Shown: positions 45,467-59,688, counted from the stretch's first letter. The stretch is DNA of 64,000 nucleotides from the human T2T-CHM13v2.0 reference genome, Homo sapiens (GCF_009914755.1 NC_060927.1), one strand, 5' to 3'. Notes: generated by a model not told the origin, from the sequence alone. Numbers and translations: made by a program.

Positions 45467-45989
45467 GATCCCAAAGTTCCCCCAACAGCCACCGCTTTAG
45501 GGAAGCATGTATTCCCTGGCTCACTGTAGTCTGCACATACACACCTTTACTGATTTAGGCCACCTGGTGCCCACAGACATTTGTGTTGGTTCCCTTATTC
45601 TGAAGCAAGCCATTTGTGGAAACTGGGGCCTACAAAGGGGAGCTAATTTGTACACAAAGAGTTGGTCTGTGGCAAAGCTAAGACCAGAGTGCAGACCCCT
45701 TAAGGTCAGTCCAATCCAGAAGCTTCTTCCACCACTCAAAGCCATAGTCAAGCCTATCATGGGCTCCCACTTCCTCTAAGAGGAATAGACGCTTTTGCTT
45801 AAAGACATCTCACCACAGGCATTCAGTTCTTGCCTAGGATTCCCTGCCTGCATCTGCTGGCCTTAGTCACACCCCAAGGTGCAGATATTTTCAATCCCTC
45901 TCATCCATCATAATGTACTTCTCCTTGGATCATTCTTTTACTCATTCATTCAGTCACTCATTTAAAACTTGTATATGCCAGTCAGGATG

Positions 45990-47085
45990 AGGAAGTGACA
46001 AAATTCAGAATTACCTTCCTGCAATAAACAACTAGAAAACTGGAAAAGAATATAGGACACAAGTATTTTCAGATATTAGACGAAAGTCAGTTCAGAACTG
46101 TAATCTCTGGGAGAAGGGAAACAAATGAGGAATAGTCTATCTTTCTGCCCAGAGGCAATTTCCAAATTGCAGTACAAGGGTAGAGAACTGAAGCAGAGCC
46201 TGGTAGTCTTGCTGAGTTGATAAGGCAGATATCAGAATTTGAGGAGGTAAAAAAAAAATACTAGAATTTTCAGTGAAGAGCACCCAAAGAGAAAGCTACA
46301 CAGAGAAGGCATTCCAGAAAAAAATAGAGTATTATTTTGAGTTTGACTGGGTACTACCTCAGGCTTACATAGTGTAAAACCTCATGAGGCCATACAGAGA
46401 AACTTTTGAGGAAAGAGCACTAACTGAGGAGCAAGAAGATGAGTAACCCTTAGATTCACACAATACCAGGACTCATTAGGGTTCCTACAATTCATTGTGA
46501 AGAGACCTCACTGAATATACAAGGATTCAGTAGGAAACCCAGAGGACTATCATGCCTTAGTAATGAGGTTAATTGAACCCTAGAGCAGTGGTTCTCAACT
46601 GGATGGAGGTTTGACAATGTTTGCCCATATTTTTGGCTGTCACAGCTGGAGAGTTACTACTAGCAGCTAATGTGCAGAAGCCAGAGATGCTGTTAAACAA
46701 TCTACAATGGACACACAGACCCTCAAAACAAAGAATTACCTGGTCAAACTGTAAATACTGTTGAAGTTGACAAAATTCTACCTAGAGTAAACTCAGAATC
46801 ACCCTAAAGGAGATTTGAAAGAATACTCCAAAGGTTCAAACTAATCTGCAAGAAACTTAACCACTTGCCAGAATAACATCTGACATTCTTTAAAGAGTAC
46901 AAAAAGTCCAGTATTCAACAAAATAAAATGTACAATGTTTGTCATTCAATAAAAAAATTATAAGACATATGAAGAAGTAGGAAAATGTGATTCATAACCA
47001 GGAAAAAATCTGCCTGGTTTTTTTCTGCCAGGAAGTAAAAGATATGATGAAGTTACAAAGGCATTAAAACAGCTATAAACATACT
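45990..47085 (+). mobile_element. Old L1M 5' end fragment
   Basis: L1M 5'UTR to ORF1 pattern (gaagaagtaggaaaatgtgattcataaccagg). Confidence 0.6.
46586..46779 (+). mobile_element. MER20
   Basis: cagtggttctcaact...gccagagatgctgttaaaca, 8-bp TSD (c/a)cctagag. Confidence 0.85.
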
Positions 47086-47444
47086 CCATGTTCAGGCACT
47101 GTGCTAAGCCCTGATACTACAGTACTGAGCTCAACAAACATGGCCTCATGCAGCTTACATACAGTAGAAGACACAAGTATTTAATAAATAAATAAGTAAA
47201 TAGATATATAATTAAAAATCATGATACATATTGTTAGGAAAAACAACAATAACAAAAAGGTGCTAGAGGAGATAGTAATAAAGGGAAAATTATTTTATAT
47301 ACATATTCAGGGATAGAGATTATATTAAGCCAAGACCTAAAGAGCTAACTAGCTCAAGAGCTATAAGAACAGCCTTTCTGGCAGTAAGAATAGCATGTAG
47401 AAAGTCCCTGAGATAGGGGAAAGCTTAAACAATTAAAAGAAGAG

Positions 47445-49275
47445 GCCACAAAAAATGAAACAATATTCTATGTTCATGAATTTAAATAATCAATATTATT
47501 AAAATGTCCATACTATCCAAAGCAAGATACAGATTCAACGCAAAATCCCTATCAAAACACCAATGACATTCTTCAAATAGAAAAAAAATCCTAAAATTTA
47601 CATAGAATCACAAAAGATCCAGAAAAACCAAAGCCATCCTGAGCAAAAAAAAAAAAAAAAAAAAAAAGCAAAACTGGAGGAATCACATTAGCTGACTTCA
47701 AATTATATTACAGAGATATAGTCACCAAAACAGCAAGCTACTGGCATAAAAACAGAGATAAAGACAAATGGAACAGAATCGAGAGCCCAGAAATAAATCT
47801 ATACATCTACAGTCAACTTGTTTTCAACAAAGGAGCCAAGAGCATACACTGGGGAAAGGACAATCCTTTCAATAAATTGTGCTGGGAAGACTGGATATTC
47901 CTATGCAGAAAAATGAAAGTATGTCTCTTGCCATATATAAAAATCAAATCAAAATGGATTAAAGACTTAAATCTAAGACCTGAAACTGTGAGACTACTAG
48001 AAGAAAACATTGGAGAAACACTCTAGTATATTAGTCTGGGTCAAGAGGTCTTGAATAAGACTTCAAAAGCACAGGCAACAAGAGCTAAAATGGACAAATG
48101 AGATCACATCAAGCTAAAAAGCTTCTGCACAACAAAGAGAATAATCAACAAAGTGAAGGGACAATCCACAGAATGGGATAAAATATTTGCAAACTACCCA
48201 TCTGACAAGGACTAATAACCAGAATATATAGGGAGCTTAAACAACTCAATAGGGGAAAATAAAAATCATAATAATAATCCAATTAAAATGGGCAAAAGAT
48301 CTGAATAGACGTTTCTCAAAATAAACAAATGGCCAACAGGTATATAAAAAATTCTCAACATTACTAATCATCAGGGAAATGAAAATCAAAACTACTGTGA
48401 GATAAGGTGTCATTCCACTTAAAATGGCTTTTATCCAAGTCAGCCAATGACCAATGCTGGCAAGGATGTGAAAAAAGAGGAACCCCTGTACGCTGTTGGC
48501 GGGAATGTAAATTAGTACCGCCACTACAGAGAACAGTATGAAGATTCCTCAAAAATCTAAAAATACAACTATCGTACAGTCCAGCAATCCCACTCCTGGG
48601 TATTTATCTGAAAGAAAGAAAATCAGTATTTCAAAGAGATATCTTCCCATGTTTATTGCAGCATTATTCAAAATTGCCAAGATATGGAATCAACCTAAGT
48701 GTCCATCAATGGACAAATGAATAAAGAAAATGTGGCACATATATGCAATGGAATACTATTCAGCCATAAAAAAGAATGAAATCCTGTCATTTGCAACATG
48801 GATGAAACTAGAAATCATAATGTTAAGGGAAATAAGCCTGACACAGAAAGACAAATATGCCTGCTTTTTACATTTTTTTCATTCATATGTAGGAACCAAA
48901 ACCAAAAATATTGAATTCATAGACACAGAAAATAGAATGATGGTTACCAGATGCTGGGAAGGGCAGCAGAAAGTGGAGGATAAAGTGGGGATGGTTAATA
49001 GGTACAAAAATATAGTTAGATAAAATTAACAAGATCTTGTATTCAGTAACACAACAGGGTGACTATAGTTAATAATATATTGTATATTTTAAATTTACTA
49101 AAAAAGTGGAATTAGAATGTTCTTAACACATATAAATGATAAATGGGTAATAATACCCTAATTATCCTGATTAATCATGACACATTGTATGCCTGGAGCA
49201 ACATCACACATACCCCAAAAATATATACAATCACTGTGTACCCAAAATAATTACAACAATTACACATTTTTAAAA
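47445..49275 (+). mobile_element. 5'-truncated L1MA3/L1MA4
   Basis: ORF2 C-terminal remnant plus L1MA 3'UTR. Confidence 0.88.
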
Positions 49276-49295
49276 GGAGTTCAGTGCTGGGGGAG

Positions 49296-49662
49296 TGTCA
49301 GGTTCTAGGCCAAACTGAGGTCCAAGAGGAGTCGGTGGGCAGGTAAAGGGTAACTAGAAAAACACTCAAGAAATCACAGGCAGTTTTGACATGGCTTTAT
49401 TCTCTCTCTGGGCGTGAGCCCAGCCACGAGCCTGGGTGAGACATAGGTACAGCATTACTCGGGTAGTTATACCTTTTACAGACAATAGTGGCTCCGTCCA
49501 AGCCAAGCACAAGCTCACGTGAGTGATCACCTAATGCGCCTCACGGGGCATGGTTATGTAATGTGTGGGGTTGTAAGCCTGTGCTCCAAACCTGCTGAGT
49601 CATGCTGTGCTGGAAGGCCGCCTCGGCCTACTCCAGGCTAAAGTGCTGCCATCTCCTTTACA
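49296..49662 (-). mobile_element. LTR18A solo LTR (ERVL)
   Basis: On the minus strand TGTAAAGG...GAACCTGACA; perfect 5-bp TSD GGGAG. Confidence 0.9.
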
Positions 49663-49788
49663 GGGAGTATAATGAGCAAGTGGGGAGAAAGCATAAAATG
49701 GTGATGAAGACACAAGAGGGTGATGAAGGCTGGTAACCCCTGGAATATAATTTGGATTTTCTTCTAGTACAATAAGAAACCACTGGAG

Positions 49789-49960
49789 CAGTGGCTGTCT
49801 TCCTTGGCTGCACTGGAATCACCTGGAACTTTTGAAAAATATGCTTGTGTCTCAAGCATAGAAATTCTGAAATGATATGGCATATGGCTAGAGCATTAGG
49901 AATTTTTTTTTTACTCCCCAGGAGAGAATTTTTACGGGCAGCTAAGGTTGAGAACCACTG
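49789..49960 (+). mobile_element. MER5B
   Basis: cagtgg...ttggctgcactggaatcacctgg...ggttgagaaccactg. Confidence 0.75.
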
Positions 49961-50598
49961 TAAGGGAAGATTTTAAACAGGGAGTGACATCATTTGATTT
50001 TGAAAGTTCTGTTACACTAACCCTATACTCATTATAAACTTGGCTATAATGTTCCCTTCCTTCTAGGAAACAAGGCTCACCTGAAGCTCTTTTACCATAA
50101 ACAACATCAGCATGGGTCATAATGAATTCTACTACTGAGAACAGTGACACCCACAGTATTCAGAGAAATATGCCAGTATTTTCCTTCAAGTTCAAAACAC
50201 CTGTTGTGGCCTAAATTGAGTCAATCTGTAATAGTCAATTCCAAGTGCTTTGTATTCAGCTCATCCAGAGACACAGGCAGAATGAGCTTGGCATCCAATT
50301 TTCTGTACTCTCGTGTAGCTCATGTACTCGTACCTCTTTGGGGCTGAAGAAGAAATCTAGCCCCATAAACTCACTCTTTGTTCTTCCCATAGATCCCTGT
50401 CTCTTAAACCCTTTTCTCCATCACCATCTCACCTGTATCCCACCTCCTCTTTTTCTCTGTCTTCAGCTTATGTTGTCAGTCATTCATTTCTATCACCTGA
50501 GGACTCAGAGAAAATTTTTGATCCACTCAAGTGATCTAAAGGGGAGGGCAGTGGATGAAGGATAGCAGCCATCAGTGATTGATTCATTGATTCAAGAT

Positions 50599-51210
50599 CA
50601 GTGGTTCTCAAAATGAGAACTATTACAAATGTCTTAGAAAAAAGCCATATATGCGCAAATGTGCACCTTATGGCATATATTTGTAATTAAGATTTTACTT
50701 CAGGCCAGACGTGGTGGCTCATGCCTGTAATCCCAGCACTTTGGGAGGCAGAGGAGAGTGGATCACTTGAGATTAGGAGTTTGAGACCAGCCTGGCCAAC
50801 ATGGCAAAACACCCACTCTACTAAAAATACAAAAATTAGCTGGGCATGGTGGCACACACCTGTAGTCCCAGCTACTTGGGAGGCTGAGGCAGGAGAATCG
50901 CTTGAGCCCAGTGGGGGCAGAGGTTGCAGTGAGCTGAGATCACGCCACTGCACTCCAGCCTGGGCAGCAGAGTGAGGCTCTGTCTCAAAAAAAAAAAGAA
51001 AAGATTTTATTTCATTCAGAACCACTGGTCTTGAATCATCCTGCTCAAGGGCAGGAGCATCAGCATCACCTGAGAAATGAGAAATGCAAAATCTTGACCA
51101 CCAACTCAGACCTACTGAATACTCAGAAAGTCTGGACATAAAGCATAGCAATCTGATTTCACAAGTTGTCCAGTGGTTTTGGTGTACACAAACAGTGGTT
51201 TGGAAACTAT
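50599..51210 (+). mobile_element. MER5A interrupted by templated inserts and an Alu
   Basis: 5' cagtggttctcaaa at 50599; the body resumes at about 51050 with gcatcagcatcacctgaga. Confidence 0.8.
50703..51000 (+). mobile_element. AluSz/Sx
   Basis: Full dimer, TSD aagatttta(c/t)ttca. Confidence 0.95.
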
Positions 51211-52139
51211 TCTTTAAGACAATCAATGTTTGTGCATTATTATGCTATGAGAAACTTTCTCTCTTTTCATCCTTGAGTTACACTGTGAAAGGCCCCTTTC
51301 TCTTATCTTATCTGGTATATGCCTAACTCCAAATGGGTGTGACTATGTAGCATGACTGAGATAACAGATAAATGGGGAGGAAATAAAACCAACAGCATCT
51401 TGCTATACCCCACATGATAAAAGTCAAAAAGACATCATAGCAAAAGGCTCTTATTACAAAACAAAGTTATCGTGGAAAAAAGATACTGCATTGTTAACAT
51501 CTGTCCAATCTGAAGTACCTTTTCTGTAAATAAATATCAAGAAAAAGCATTCACTAGCTGAATACTAGTGCTACTATTACAAATCTCTTAGAAAAACATC
51601 ATATATGCCCAAATGTAGACCTTGTGGCATATATTTGTAATTAACTTTTTACTTCATCTTGTTATTGCAAAAGTTGTTAGGAAAAAAAATGTGGACATAT
51701 GTGTATATGTATTTCCCAGAGAGGATGATTTTATCCTGTTGTTTTTAAGATGCCTCAACTCCAACAAGTTGGTTTTGAGGAAGGTACCAATATAACAACA
51801 AGGCCAATAATTCCTAATTGCTTCTTCCCATTCCAAGGTCAAGAAGGTTTACACAAACAGATAAGGATTGATGTTTAAACAGATTCGGCTTGGTAAAAGG
51901 CCATAGAGTCCATGGGGCCACGCTCCTTCATGAGTTTTATTCATCATGAAAGCCATATGGTTTTCACTATAGATGGCCCAAATCCTCACCTCCCCAGGTC
52001 AAGCGAAGTGAAGACAAGAATATAATCCTAGCAAAGTCATCGTTGGCATTTTGGTCTATTTGCTTCTCACCAACTTGGGATCATACCATGTGCTTGTGTG
52101 TGTGTGTGCACATATACGTGTGCATGTATGTTATGATTA

Positions 52140-52625
52140 AGATCATAACCTATATAATGTTATATATCTGCTGATCCTAAGATAGCTATATATATATAAA
52201 GGTATACATATACATATATAAGCATATATGTATTATATATGTTATATAAAAGTGTATATATACACATATATAAGTATATATACTTTTATATAATATATAT
52301 AAGTTTATATATATTTACCATAAGTTATATATATACTCTCTATATAGTATATGTTTATACTATTTTTTCCTCCAACAAAGAGTAAGAGTATATTATGTTC
52401 TCAGAGAAAATCTGGCCTGAAAACAATAAATTTAACACTGAAACATATATAAGTATATACATATATATATTGTATAAAAGTATATATATACTTATATATA
52501 AGTATATATACACATATATAAGTGTATATATACTTTATATATATAATTATATATATTTATACTTTATATATATATATAAAGTATATAAATATATATACTT
52601 TAAATATATATATATACTTATTTAT
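52140..52625. repeat. Degenerate (TA)n low-complexity blocks
   Basis: Direct read; two blocks at about 52140-52360 and 52440-52625. Confidence 0.95.
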
Positions 52626-52639
52626 TCTCTAACAATTTA

Positions 52640-52728
52640 TCCTAAACATCCTGAAATGCACAGGATGGCCCCCACAGCAGAGAATTATCTGTGACAAAAT
52701 GTCAACAGCGTTGAGGTTGGGAAACTGC
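52640..52728 (+). mobile_element. MER20 3' half
   Basis: ctaaacatcctgaaatgcacagga...aaatgtcaacagcgttgaggttgggaaac. Confidence 0.8.
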
Positions 52729-53029
52729 ACTGGAGGCATCCCCTTTAAAATCAGAACCCAAACAGGATTCACTCTCTTAGAACGAACCTCATTCTCTTGG
52801 GAGTTCTAATCAATGTAATAAGGGCAAAATATAAATAAGATATTGACTTAGTGGCACGAAGAAGACAAAATTGTCATTTCACAACACATCATTATGCGTT
52901 TAAAAATAAAAGAGTCAACTGAAAACAAATAGCATGAGTAGAGAATATTACCTTGCCATTTCTGTTTCCCAATAAAGAACTACCTACCAGCCAGGTAAAC
53001 TTGACTACATATCATTCACATGTATTTAT

Positions 53030-53660
53030 ATATTTATTGATTGAAATATTTATTGAGTACCTACTAGTTCCCTGGTATATTTCTTAGCACTAGAGACACA
53101 ACAGTGCATCAGAAACAATATCTCTTAGCTGCTGCAGCTTGTATGTTTTTATGAGTAGACAAAAAGTCAGATAAATAAGTAAGTATGCAGTGTATTAGTT
53201 AGTGATAAGTGCTATGGAAAAAAATTAAGCAGGGCACAGAGGAAAGAGAATTCTTAGAGGGGCAGAACAACAAGCTCTTGTTTGTCCTATAAAGATTTTG
53301 TATTTATCCTATTTGACTTTTGCTCTGGGGGAGTTCAGAGGGCCATTAGAAGATTTTGAGCAGAGCAGTGACATGTTCTAATACATGTTTTCAAAAGACA
53401 CTGTATGTCTAATGAGTAGGAAATAGACTTTCAGAGGTGAAAAATGGAAACAGGTAACAGATAAACCAGAGACAAGGCCAGGTAGGGATCTATAGGTTAT
53501 TATAAGGATGTTAGATTTTACTCTGAGAGAGATGAAATGCCCCCAGAGAGTTTTGAGAAAAAGGTGTAATACAATCAGACTCAAATTTTTAAAGGAGCAC
53601 TCTGGCTGTGGTGTGGAAAACATACTGTTTAGGAATGAAAGGCAAATGCAGAAACAACAA
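53030..53660 (-). mobile_element. L2 fragments
   Basis: aatatttattgagtacctacta...ttttgagcagagcagtgacatg. Confidence 0.75.
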
Positions 53661-56600
53661 AGGAAGACAGTCTTTTAATGCTAGCAGGAAAATTCTAGCT
53701 CCTTCCCCTATCCATTTTTGTCCAGCTGATTCTTACATGCTATAGATAGATGAGTAAGGAAATAACATTGCTTTTCATTCTCTTGGCAAGCAAATATTAA
53801 TAAAAAGGCTTTCAAAAAAATTAAGTTGGTAAATTTCCTGTTTGTTTCATCTTGGCTTCAGCGGGCCACCCAGTAGTTTCTTTTGCACGAGAGAGGATTA
53901 AGTTACTTGACCCTGTGACTTTAGGGAAGAGTTAAATCTCACAGCCAGAGTCGCTGTCAGATTCTAGTCTTCCCTAAACATTCTTGGGAATTATTTTTTA
54001 GCCTTGCTGACTGGAGCAATCTATATGTGAGGCTTTTTAAGGAAGTAAAACCTTGGAAGTGCTCCCAGCCCCTATCATTGGTTTCTTTTTCATGAATCCT
54101 TTTCAACAGCATCAGGCTCTGTTCATTAATGTCTGATCCTTATAGGTCACACAGAAGAAAGGAATTATATTCTCCTCTAGACAGACACCCTCATGTGATT
54201 CAAAAGTTTGAGGTTTTTGAGATAAGGAGAGAAGACAAACCACAAAAGGCTTCATCAATTCTGATTCAGAGAAGACAGTGACCCCTGACTACGCTGAGCA
54301 TCACATTCCTTAACAATTCCTTTCAGGGACATAAAAAAAGAATTCCTTTGGTTTATCAGCTGACTTTGAAAAAATGAAGACTAAGTCTATTATTTTACTA
54401 CATTACAAATTTTGACTTAGTGGTTATGATTTAATGAGGGCTGTAGTTGGTTAGGACTGTTTGAAGTTTTATGGACAGACAAGTGGTTGTCACAACTTAG
54501 GAACAAGGCACAATGAGAATATCCACAAAAGCACAGAGCGGATGTGGGAAAAATCTGACTCTTGAATTACACATGAGGGCAAGGCAGGTACTGAGGGAAG
54601 TGGCCTGAGTTCAGGACAAGCCCCAGACTTGGATGGAGATGGTGAGTACAAATGGGGAGTTGGGAGGCAATAGGCTCCAAGGTAGACGTCCAGCCTTATA
54701 TACTAGTCAACATGGAAAGTGGATGGAAAATCTAGCTCTTAAGAGAACATATGTCATTCAATTCTCATCCCTGGGAGTCTCAGACTGTAACTTGGGCTGT
54801 CACCAATGCATCTATGAGGCAGCTGTGACCTTATGGGACACTAGACTGCATGGTTCTTGAAAGAAGAATGTTTCTGATATGCTGTAGTTTCTCAGTGACT
54901 TTCCATTGAATCAAAGATTGTTTACATGAGTACCTCATTGGATAAATCTAGGCAGATGACTTAATTTTAAGCAACCAGATGGAAGAGCAGAAGCTATTGG
55001 CATATTTCCTTAGTTGGTTTGTCTCTAAACCTATATACAGGAATCATCGCTGTACCTGATTTTAACTTACTGGGAAAGGCCAAAGGAATTGATGTGATTC
55101 AGGGTCTGTTCTTATTGCCTTATTTAATAAGTTTCCATCAAACAAAAACAATCTTTCAGTGGATTCAGGGGCTTCTTTCACTTTTATTCAAGTGTGGTAT
55201 GATTTTCTCTTAATGCTTTTAGAGTCACTAATGGAGATGTACAGAAGCAGAGAAAATTATAAAAACACTGGGAAGATGCTGAACTAACAGGGCCAGGGAG
55301 TGGGGGGTGGATACTAGAATGAAAATAGAATGGAGAAGAGCCACAGAGTCTGCTTTGGGGGCTAGCTCTTCACTCCATGACAAAATAAATCTAGTTTGCT
55401 TTCCACCAATCACTTCTGCCTCCTCCTCCTCCTTCTTAACCCACACTAGTGAACAAGGGCAAGAGGGAAGTCAACCGGTCAAAGATGGCTCTAATTAGAG
55501 GGTAATTTTAAAAGACGTGACGACAGTCATTTGATAGTTCCTGCTCTTTGTTTTCTCTAACAAGCCCTGTAACTTCCCACCTAATTTTCTTTGCCAATGT
55601 GATCACCCCTCCCTGACAAGCCCTTCTTACCCCTTTTTCTTTGGAAGACTTGGCTGTTTCTTAAAGTCTGCCTCCAACATACCCTCTACCACCATGGGGC
55701 CTCTCAGGAGCAGTTGGTCCTTCCCTTGGACCACAGTTGGACCTTTCCTTAAGGTCTGATCTTAAAAATCTTAGTCTATACTAGCTACGAGCAATCCAAC
55801 TAATCTTTCGAAGACTCAGCTTCATTATTTGTGAAATAGGGATGCCATCTGCATTGCTTCTCTCAGAATACTACTAAGATGAGTGATATGTGTGGAAACT
55901 GTGCAAACTATATGGTGCTTTGAAATTAAGATGAGAACTGTTATAGGTACCCTTGTGTCCTATAATCATGGCCAGATAAGGACTTTTAAATGTCCTAAAA
56001 TCTCTGAAAAGATTATGATGCTCCCCTAATGTAAAAAGACAAAACTATAAAAATAAAAATAATAGTTAAGCATAAGTTATAAGCATGAATAATGTTGGAG
56101 GATGACTATTTCAATGCTTTATCATTTTGAAAACTCAAGTTCTGCTTTTTCTTTGCTTTTCCAGCTTGTTTTGAATCTTGGTTTTACTAGTTTCCTATGC
56201 GTAATAATTTTCTAGTGCTGCATTTTATCTCATTTACTAGGTTGGAGATTCCTTGAAGCCTCTGTCTCAGCTTGTACATAGCCAGTGCTCAATAAATATT
56301 TGCTAAATTAAATTCTTCCTCTTGACCCTTCACAGAAATGTGTCTTCTATGCAATCAGGAAGCTCCACAAATAATTAAAAAACATAGCTGACTCTGAGCA
56401 GTCATACCTTAATCACTCAACAGGAAAATATTAAAAGAGAAATAGACATATAATACAGAACTTGAAACAATGGAAAATATTTTTAAATGGAAGAAGCAGC
56501 CCATACCCCCAAAAACTACATGGGGAGAGGGGGATTTGAAAATGAGAGTCATGGGAAGGAGTAATTGAAACATAACTGGGAGAGGGAAGTGGTGAATAAA

Positions 56601-58207
56601 GAAACTAAGCAAATTCCTGAAAATATTAAATTATAAGAAATCATTGTTGGAATTAAAGTTGAAATGAATCTTAGTTGATATTTTAGCTAACCCACCCATT
56701 CGCCCAAATGTAAGCTCTTATCCACATGCAACAAAAGCTCATAGAGTAAGCACACCATGTATTGCAATCTCCATGATGGCACCTCACTTGGTTTTCAAGG
56801 GCATCCATGCTTTCTGTCTATGCTAACTAATCCTTATTCCTAGAGATGGCTATGACTCAGCACTTTTTTGAGACTATATTATACCCTAGAAATCCATGGC
56901 ATTTTGCTTTTTGTGGGGATATACATAAACATTCTTAGTGCCCTAATTTCTCCCTCATTTCTCTCTCTTACTTTCTTTTAATTTCCTTCTGCCTCTAGTC
57001 CTCCATCATCAGCATTTTTTCACCTCAACATGGTCCTTTTTACCATTCTTTCTCCATGCTCTTCATGCTTTTAGCTAAATGCATTCTCCTGGAGGGGGTT
57101 ACGTACTCAAGAGACTCATAGTCATCTCTTATGAACTTTCCAGAGTTACTGTAACCAGGATAAATGCATATGGTTTAAAAAATGAAATGAAAATCAACTT
57201 TTAACCAATGCATTACATTAGGAAAAAAAAAAACAAACCTCTATTGCACTTATTTTAACTTGACATTTGCATATTCTTTTTTATTTTGTATTTGGGTCAG
57301 AAATTAGTGAGTATATAGTTATGGAATGGTCTTTGTCATCAGAGAAAATTTCACCACTTCCTTTCTATGGGCCTTGGGGGAGCCATTTCACCTTCTCAGG
57401 CTTTAGGTTCCACTTCTGTGAATGGGAATAAAACAGAGATAACAAACAAAAAGCACTTAGCCTGGTGCCTTGCCATTTCCAACTTCCCTCCTCCCCTGTT
57501 TTCCTTCACTTCTAAAAGAACCTACATGTCCTTGAATTCTTGTCTCTAGATCTGTTTCTGGAGTATAGAGAGGCAGACATTGTCAAGACACCTTGAAGCA
57601 GAGCTTTGCTCAGACAGCAGTCATTTGCATGTTCTTTCTTAGTTTTTTCAGCGTAGGGCAAGTAGATATTGAGGAGTTGGCTCCAGGTCAAAATCCTATG
57701 TGTGATTTTTTAAGCCAAATTGCCCATAGGCAATTACAAAGTTTTCATCTCATAGGCCTCATGGGGGAAAGCTGCCCTCTCCAGACTTTGGGCACAGTGG
57801 GAGAGATTTATAGCCAAGAACTCAGAGGCCTGGCCATGCAAAAAATCAACATTCTTAGCCCAGGCATCTCCATTCTGAGGCCTCCTTATCAGAGGATACC
57901 TCCACTGATGCCTTTCTCAGGCACCTCTGCTAAGACCACATTATCTGGTGAGCCTCAAAGACATTTGACTCAATATTCCATATTTTTCCCACTCATAGCC
58001 CTTCCTTCGTTCCTTCTTCACCTAGCCTTCACATCCACAAAACTGAAGGAGCTTTTTGTTCACAGCTCCCCATGACAGTGAGATGATCCCCACATCTGTG
58101 CCAACCCACCTGACCCTCCCACCTACACTACTCAAAAATGGAACAAGGTGTGGGGGTGGGTTCTGGAGCCCTTTCATGTTCAGGTCCTGTTTACAGTTTT
58201 GCAGTAA

Positions 58208-58745
<538 letters not shown>

Positions 58746-59688
58746 TGATCTTCTGGAGAGAAAGAAAAACAGATCCCAACCACTGCTCCTGTGAATTTAA
58801 AGTTAAAGAAGCCTGTCAGGATAGGTCAGAGTGGTTTTGACCAAGATCTGCAAGTATAAATTGCCACCAGTACCCCAAAGGGCAACCTGACAGGAGTGGA
58901 GGGACAGTTGGGGAGTCTGAGACTCTGAGCCAGTGATCCAAGCTCAAACAACAGTCAAAGAGTCTTGAGAGGAGGCTGAATCTGGAATAGCATATAGCTA
59001 ACATTGCAAGTTCCTCAGGACCAAGCCAGAGGGCAGAGGGTCATGCTTTGAAGACTAATCACTGAGCATGCAAGAACTGGGAAGCTATAACCTGGGAGCC
59101 CAGGCAGGTGTTAGCACTGCCAATGGGGAAAGTTTCAACGAACATGGGCACCATCACAGCAGCAGGCACACATGCATCAGATTATGCAAGGTTAGTGTTC
59201 AACAACTGAAATAAAGGCTGCTACAACTTTCCAGCTCTGTGTAGGTGTATTCGCAAGCATACACACACACGAATGTGTGTATATGGGTCTTCTGCTTGTT
59301 TTCATGACCAAACCCGGAGTGACAGAGCAAGCCTGCTGATTCTAAAGGCAGTGCCCTCTCCATTCTGTATGCTGCTTTCCAGGAAAAGCAACGTCTACTA
59401 CTGAGTTTCAGGACATAGCTAGTCTGGTAACTATAGAGGGCAAAGAGGGCAAAGAGTCCAGTCATTTTTTTTCTTTTATTATGTTCTTTATTTAGCTTTA
59501 TCCTTAGAACAAACATAGTAATTCTTCCTCATATAGATTCCACAGAAAGCAAGAAGAATATAATAAAAGTCATTGATATCTCACTATGCACAGATAACCA
59601 CTGTTACCGTTTTTGTGAAATTATTTTCAGTATTTTCCCTTTTTTCATAAAATTCAGGGGACAATATATCCATAAAATTGTAACCTGC

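Noticed and set aside
50081-50343. Further minus-strand splice signals (also donors near 11840, 12677, 59998 and 60597)
   Set aside because: No single convincing partner site; such motifs are common by chance.
57593-58075. 160-aa ORF in non-repeat sequence
   Set aside because: Non-ATG start, no recognisable domain and no convincing splice context. Expected by chance in 64 kb.
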